From an uncultured Myxococcales bacterium (GTDB taxonomy: Bacteria; Myxococcota; UBA4151), in the NCBI GenBank assembly GCA_964013405.1, contig CAXGWI010000108.1, positions 1 through 11,993 of the forward strand: a stretch of DNA of 11,993 nt. Direction: 5' to 3'. The notes under the pieces are model-generated. The model searched no databases, was not told the origin of the DNA, and saw only the letters and a program-made list of their open reading frames with translations. Of the stretch, positions 7,306-11,993 are shown in pieces. The translations under genes and the position numbers were made by a program. Numbering within the stretch: position 1 is the stretch's first letter; each line of letters starts with the position of its first letter.

Positions 7306-7845
7306 GTGACTGAAATCTTTCCAGGCGAGGGGACACTCAATGCCCGCTTCGTCACGAACCATGGCGAGATGACCATCGAACTCTTTGAAGCCTTGGCCCC
7401 AAATACGGTGGGCAACTTCGTTGGACTCGCCACGGGACAACGCAGTTATGAGGACCCCCGGGGACAGGATCCGGGCACGCCATTCTATGATGGCACGATC
7501 TTCCACCGCGTCATCCGTGGCTTTATGATCCAAGCTGGTGATCCCACCGGTACGGGCCGTGGTGGTCCCGGTTACCGCTTTGAGGACGAGTTCCACCCTG
7601 AACTTCGCCATGATGGTCCGGGGGTGCTCAGCATGGCCAATGCGGGCCCGAACACCAACGGGAGCCAGTTTTTCATCACCCAGGTGGCGACCCCCCATCT
7701 CGATGGTCGTCACTCGGTGTTTGGCCGACTGGTGGCCGGCCATGAAACGCTGGACACGATCGCTGCAACGGCGACAGGGCCCATGGATCGGCCCGTCGAG
7801 GAGGTCATCCTCGAGCGGGTCGAGATTTATCGCAGCGAGGCCTAA
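7306..7845 (+). CDS. ppiA: Cyclophilin-type peptidyl-prolyl cis-trans isomerase
   Basis: [72 protein letters not shown] start after AAGGGAG. No signal peptide. Confidence 0.95.
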   Translation: MTEIFPGEGTLNARFVTNHGEMTIELFEALAPNTVGNFVGLATGQRSYEDPRGQDPGTPFYDGTIFHRVIRGFMIQAGDPTGTGRGGPGYRFEDEFHPELRHDGPGVLSMANAGPNTNGSQFFITQVATPHLDGRHSVFGRLVAGHETLDTIAATATGPMDRPVEEVILERVEIYRSEA

Positions 7846-7849
7846 ACCC

Positions 7850-7858
7850 TGTTACGCT
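7850..7858 (+). promoter_or_regulatory. Possible extended -10 promoter for the downstream four-gene operon
   Basis: TG-T-TACGCT between the ppiA stop and GGAG/ATG 7881. The -35 is poor. Confidence 0.3.
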
Positions 7859-7880
7859 GCCCTATGGAGAGCCAAGAAGA

Positions 7881-8894
7881 ATGCGTTTCGCCCTACCTCT
7901 TTCTCTGATTGCGATGCTGATGCTGACCGCCGCCGATTGCGGCGGTGAGCGGGTTGTTTGCAAGGATAGTGATGACCGCGTCGTCTCATGTGATCAAGAC
8001 TCTGGACCGATCCAGATCGTTTGGGATGCAGGTCCTCGACCGGATGCGGGGCTTCGCAGCGACGCAGGTCCTGAGCGGCCTTATGAGAGTCCCTGTGATC
8101 CCAACACCGAAGCGACCTGCCGTCTCTTTGAGTGTTACGAAACCCCGGCTGATTGGCAGCCCGGAGCGTCCGCCGGTTATTGCACCAAGCCCTGCGCCAG
8201 CGACGAAGAGTGTGGGGACATCAATCTGTACCGTTGCCGAGAGGGTGGTGGTGGAAGTCTGCGCTGCCATCGGGATCGGGACAATGCCCCGCCGGAACTG
8301 GAATGGACGGGGAGCAACGCCACGCTGGGAGCCATCGGCCGAGATACCGAACTCGAACTCCTAGCTACCGACAATCGATCGATCGGCGCCCTCTCCGTCA
8401 CCGTCGGTGGCGAAGCTGTGGTCGTCGAAAGCGGTGATGTGACGCCCCTCGCCTCCATGGTCCAGCAGCGCTTTCGCTTTACGCTGGAAGCGGCTGGGGA
8501 CAGCCTAGAGATCGAGGCGAGTGTTCAAGATGGGATTGGCAACACGTCGGCCGTGCTCAACCGCAGCGTTGCTGTTGATAACCAAGCCCCCCAGGTCACG
8601 ATCACTCGTCAGCCAAACCAGGGCTTGACCGAGGGCGGGACAATCCCAGGGATCATGGGGCTTCAAGCGTCGGCAAGCGATAATGTCGGGGTCGTCCGAG
8701 TGACCTACTATCTGGGTGATAACGCTGTGGGTTCCAGTGTGGAGGGGCCCGACTGGGGCGTCTTCATGGACGCCTGTGAGTTCGTGGGTGGCGGCCGGAG
8801 TTTTGAGTTGCGCGCAGTGGCTGAGGACGCAGCGGGAAACACCGGGTCCGACGCCTTCGATGTCAACGTGACCAGTAACGGTTGCTCCGGCTGA
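7881..8894 (+). CDS. Probable lipoprotein with a Cys-rich module (GltK/CglC-like GYCxKxC motif) and two tandem bacterial Ig-like domains
   Basis: Signal ending LTAAD/C, a DAG-repeat linker, an 8-Cys module with GYCTKPC, and two DN.xP.......A.DN.....V..... DxxGN Ig-like repeats. Confidence 0.75.
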   Translation: MRFALPLSLIAMLMLTAADCGGERVVCKDSDDRVVSCDQDSGPIQIVWDAGPRPDAGLRSDAGPERPYESPCDPNTEATCRLFECYETPADWQPGASAGYCTKPCASDEECGDINLYRCREGGGGSLRCHRDRDNAPPELEWTGSNATLGAIGRDTELELLATDNRSIGALSVTVGGEAVVVESGDVTPLASMVQQRFRFTLEAAGDSLEIEASVQDGIGNTSAVLNRSVAVDNQAPQVTITRQPNQGLTEGGTIPGIMGLQASASDNVGVVRVTYYLGDNAVGSSVEGPDWGVFMDACEFVGGGRSFELRAVAEDAAGNTGSDAFDVNVTSNGCSG

Positions 8895-8899
8895 GAGCG

Positions 8900-10591
8900 A
8901 TGGTGCCGGGAGGGCAACGACGGCTCATCGCTGTTTTGACGCCGCTCCTCCTCACCGGATGTGAGGACCACGCCTTCTATCAGTTCAAGCCGGTTTGCGC
9001 CCGCCAGGTTAATGAGGCTCAAGCGCTTCAGCGCTCCCGGCCTGTCGACATCCTTTTTGTCATCGATGACTCCAACTCGATGATCGAAGAACGGGAGATG
9101 TTGGCCAGCAACATCTCTTCACCCTGCGGGATCGATGAAAACCCCGACGATGCTCGATGCGGCTTCATGGAGCAATTGATCGCTGCAACCACCAGCCAGA
9201 ACCTTCCCGATGGCGAGACCTACTTCCACATCGGTGTGATTACGACCTCCTTGAATGCGAACACCGGGGAGAACAATCCGGGGGGCGTTGAGTTGCCTCG
9301 CTTCGGTTGCCTCTTCGCTGGCGGAAGCGGGATCCCGGTGGTGGATTCGAACCACGGCAACCATGCGATCACCCTGGTTTCAGACCGGATTCGGGCCATT
9401 AACCAAGGGGGCGGCGATGGGTTCGAGCAGGGGCTTGAGTCTATGCGTTTCTTCCTGCGCGGCGATACGGATGAGCCTGCGTGCCAAGATCATCTGGAGC
9501 GCTTTCTTCGACCGACAGCCCGCTTGATCGTCGTCTTTGTGACCGATGAGGATGACTGCTCCCATCGCTTTGACCGGCGTCCCCCAGGTATGGATGCAAC
9601 CTCTTGCTACGTGGAGCAGGGCGGTATTCCCAAGATTCCCGTGGAGGATTACGTCTCCTTTCTCCAGGGCCTGAAGGCCGACCCCGACGATATTGCGATG
9701 GCGGTGATCGGGGGCGCTCGCTTTGATCCCGACCCGCTCAATCCGGGCCCTGAGTCCGTCCCTTGCAACGGCACCATCGACTGTGAGCGGGGGCAGATCT
9801 GCAAACGGCAGCGCTGTCGCGGCAGCGGCGACTGTGCGGCCGGTAACACCTGTTCTCCGTCGGAGAATGAACCGGGCGTGAGCTACTGCCTGCCCGAAGA
9901 CGAAAGCCGACCGCCGGGCTTGTGTGTTCTGGGCGAGGCTGCCGGTTGTAATCTGGACCCTCGAGGGACTGCATTGCCGACGGAGGATTCGATCAACCCG
10001 GTGAATGCGGCGGATCGTTGTTCTGTGAGTGGAGGCGGGGCCGGCTGTCCCGTTCCGGTTCAGAGTTGCCAGCCATGCTTTGGCGACCGGAGTCTCCGCA
10101 ATGAGCATCCGTTCTGTTGTGAAGCCGAAGCGGCAAGTCGGTATTTTGAAGTCACGGACCAGCTCTTCGCTGCCCGGGACGAAGGCTTTCTTTACGACTC
10201 GATTTGTAGCGGCGACTATCGGGGCACGCTGCGGGATATCGCGAGCTTGTTGGTCATCGTGCCGGAGATCGAGTTGCTGCAACCACCGGCGGACCCGGCC
10301 GAGATGCGGGTCGAGGTGCTGCGGCGGCAGGACGACGGCGAAATGGTGCGTGAAATCGTGCCCTATCACGACCCGGATGGGGGTGAGTTGGAAGGTTGGG
10401 ACTTAACCTGTGCCCGGGCCTGCCAGGACCTCTGCACCGAGTCGGGGACCTGTGCTCGCCGTTGGCTCCGGTTTCACGGTGATGACCGACCCCGACCCGG
10501 GGATCGAGTTGAGACCATCTATTTGACGCAGAGCGATGAAGAGGTGTGCAGTCCCCTGGTGGGCAGTTCACAAGAGGGGGGTGGACCGTGA
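8900..10591 (+). CDS. CglB-like Cys-rich vWA-domain lipoprotein (adhesin)
   Basis: ATG 8900 lies 5 nt after the upstream stop. Lipobox LLTG/C. VDILFVIDDSNSM carries a MIDAS DxSxS (9065-9079). FLRP.ARLIVVFVTDEDDCS. 29 Cys in total. Confidence 0.8.
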   Translation: MVPGGQRRLIAVLTPLLLTGCEDHAFYQFKPVCARQVNEAQALQRSRPVDILFVIDDSNSMIEEREMLASNISSPCGIDENPDDARCGFMEQLIAATTSQNLPDGETYFHIGVITTSLNANTGENNPGGVELPRFGCLFAGGSGIPVVDSNHGNHAITLVSDRIRAINQGGGDGFEQGLESMRFFLRGDTDEPACQDHLERFLRPTARLIVVFVTDEDDCSHRFDRRPPGMDATSCYVEQGGIPKIPVEDYVSFLQGLKADPDDIAMAVIGGARFDPDPLNPGPESVPCNGTIDCERGQICKRQRCRGSGDCAAGNTCSPSENEPGVSYCLPEDESRPPGLCVLGEAAGCNLDPRGTALPTEDSINPVNAADRCSVSGGGAGCPVPVQSCQPCFGDRSLRNEHPFCCEAEAASRYFEVTDQLFAARDEGFLYDSICSGDYRGTLRDIASLLVIVPEIELLQPPADPAEMRVEVLRRQDDGEMVREIVPYHDPDGGELEGWDLTCARACQDLCTESGTCARRWLRFHGDDRPRPGDRVETIYLTQSDEEVCSPLVGSSQEGGGP

Positions 10592-11265
10592 GGACCTTGT
10601 ATTCTTTGGCGGCGGCCATCAGCTTCTGTGTGCTGCTTCCGCCACCGGCTCAAGCAGCTGAAGACGTGGGTCGAGTCCACGAGGGCCGGAACCGGGACCG
10701 CTTGCGCAGTGTCCAGGGGCGCCCCGTCCTGAAAGCCGGTCGTTTCAGTCTGTCCGGCACCTACGCTCGGACCGTCAACGACGCCCTGGTGATCAAGCAC
10801 GGGGGCGGTCTCACAGCCCGCTACCACCTAGCCGAAGGCTTTGCGTTCTTACTCAACGGTACCTTCGCCACCTCGGAGCAGACGGATTACGTGCATTTGG
10901 TCCGCTATGAGCGCCGATTGGTACTCGAGGAGCCGGAGTTGAAGAGCCATATGGGGGTCGGCTTCTCCTACACACCCATCTACGGCAAGTTCTCACTCTT
11001 TTCCGATTGGATCCTCCACAACGACCTCTATGTCGAGGGAGCCTTCCAGCTGGTCGATATCGCCGGCTCCCGACAGCCGGCAGGCCTCGCAGGCTTGGGA
11101 ACGAGAGTTTATTTGGGCCAGGCGATGAGCTTTGAACTAGGCCTGCGTAGCCTGATGTATGCAACTGAGTACCGGGGCGTTCGGGACATCAAGAATTTGA
11201 TGTTTCTCAACACCGGCTTGACGCTGTTTATGCCCCTCAAAAATTTGGCTCGTCGCCGGAGATAG
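10588..11265 (+). CDS. Outer-membrane beta-barrel, myxobacterial GltA/GltB-type (TIGR04565-like)
   Basis: GTG 10588 overlaps the upstream TGA (GTGA). Signal ends AQA. Family motifs VQGRPVLKAGRFSL, VNDA, RYHLAE, YTPIYGKFSLF..WILHNDLY and TGLTLFMP. Confidence 0.82.
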   Translation: MRTLYSLAAAISFCVLLPPPAQAAEDVGRVHEGRNRDRLRSVQGRPVLKAGRFSLSGTYARTVNDALVIKHGGGLTARYHLAEGFAFLLNGTFATSEQTDYVHLVRYERRLVLEEPELKSHMGVGFSYTPIYGKFSLFSDWILHNDLYVEGAFQLVDIAGSRQPAGLAGLGTRVYLGQAMSFELGLRSLMYATEYRGVRDIKNLMFLNTGLTLFMPLKNLARRRR

Positions 11266-11267
11266 TC

Positions 11268-11993
11268 ATGCTCCCCTTCGCGACGCTGCTCATCCTAGCC
11301 CAAGGCTTTGAACTTGACCTCGGCGGCGAGAGCCCGGAGGCGGGTGAGCGAACTGCGCCTGTGGCCCGCAGCTTGGGGCGGCGGGAAATTGCAGCGATGC
11401 GAGTTGCCTTCAAAGCTCGGCGCCATCGAGATGTTTTGGTCCTGGCGACGGAGTTTCTCGAAGGCAAAACCACAGCAGGCGATCGCAGCGAGGCCGCCTG
11501 GATCGCCGTGCGTTCAGCGCTCAAAGAGGACCTGCCGCGCATGGCAGTCATCCTCGCATCGACGGCGATTGAGACCGGGTTGGGCGAGTCGAGGGAACTC
11601 GCCCTCGATGAGTTGGCCCCGCTATTAGACCAAGACGCCACGGCGATGGAACTGGCACCGATCCTCGCCAATCAAAGTCTGGATGATCTACCGGAGCGTT
11701 GGCGAGGGCACAGCGCCTACTGGGTGGCCCGTCACCTGCTCGAACTTGAGGTGGTTCGACGGGAGAAGGCAGACGCACCACCCCGGCCCGGCGCCAAACA
11801 GGCCCCGGCGCCGCCGGCTTCAGGGGTCGTCCTAGATTTCGGTGCCGATGATAGCCCGCAGCCACCGGCCCCCGAGGCTGCCAAGGAGGGAGAGGTGACC
11901 CCCTCGCCAGAGCGTCCAAAACCCCGGCCCCAAGTGGAAGGCGAGCCCCCACCGGATCTCAATCGGGCTAGAAGTTTGCTCGGTGAGGTGGAC
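11268..11993 (+). CDS. GltC-like TPR/helical-repeat protein, 3'-truncated by the window
   Basis: Absent from the ORF track because it has no stop in the window. ATG 2 nt after the barrel stop, SD GGAG. 242 open codons: MLPFATLLILAQGFELDLGG...AFKARRHRDVLVLATEFL...RSEAAWIAVRS...LPERWRGHSAYWVARHLLE, then a Pro-rich linker. Its position and pattern resemble GltC. Confidence 0.65.
   Translation, partial: MLPFATLLILAQGFELDLGGESPEAGERTAPVARSLGRREIAAMRVAFKARRHRDVLVLATEFLEGKTTAGDRSEAAWIAVRSALKEDLPRMAVILASTAIETGLGESRELALDELAPLLDQDATAMELAPILANQSLDDLPERWRGHSAYWVARHLLELEVVRREKADAPPRPGAKQAPAPPASGVVLDFGADDSPQPPAPEAAKEGEVTPSPERPKPRPQVEGEPPPDLNRARSLLGEVD

Noticed and set aside
7147..7948. ORFs 7147-7743 (-), 7215-7433 (-) and 7538-7948 (+)
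   Set aside because: They are shadows of the cyclophilin gene, and one also overlaps tRNA-Glu.
9380..10369. 329-aa minus-strand ORF
   Set aside because: It is antisense to the vWA lipoprotein. Long antisense frames are common at high GC.
11237..11962. Four ORF-track calls at the right end
   Set aside because: They are better explained by the uninterrupted frame from ATG 11268, which has an SD and is coupled to the upstream gene.

Overview
GC-rich (roughly 60-65% by eye) bacterial chromosomal region read in the standard genetic code. The gene families point to a myxobacterium-like (Myxococcota or Bradymonadia-type) genome; this is an inference. From left to right: the end of a gene coupled to a beta-propeller-like lipoprotein; a minus-strand run of rpmG (Zn-free L33, missing from the ORF track), a YbdK carboxylate-amine ligase and tRNA-Lys(TTT); a lipoprotein esterase whose alpha/beta-hydrolase motifs are circularly permuted; an outer-membrane barrel with a long Arg-Asp tail followed by tRNA-Glu(TTC); a cyclophilin; and a tight four-gene operon. 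That operon encodes a Cys-rich/Ig lipoprotein, a CglB-like vWA lipoprotein, a GltA/B-type barrel and a GltC-like helical protein that runs off the window and is also missing from the ORF track. It looks like a compact, rearranged outer-membrane adhesion or gliding platform. No mobile element or CRISPR array was seen. Homology calls come from motif recognition and recall, not from database searches.
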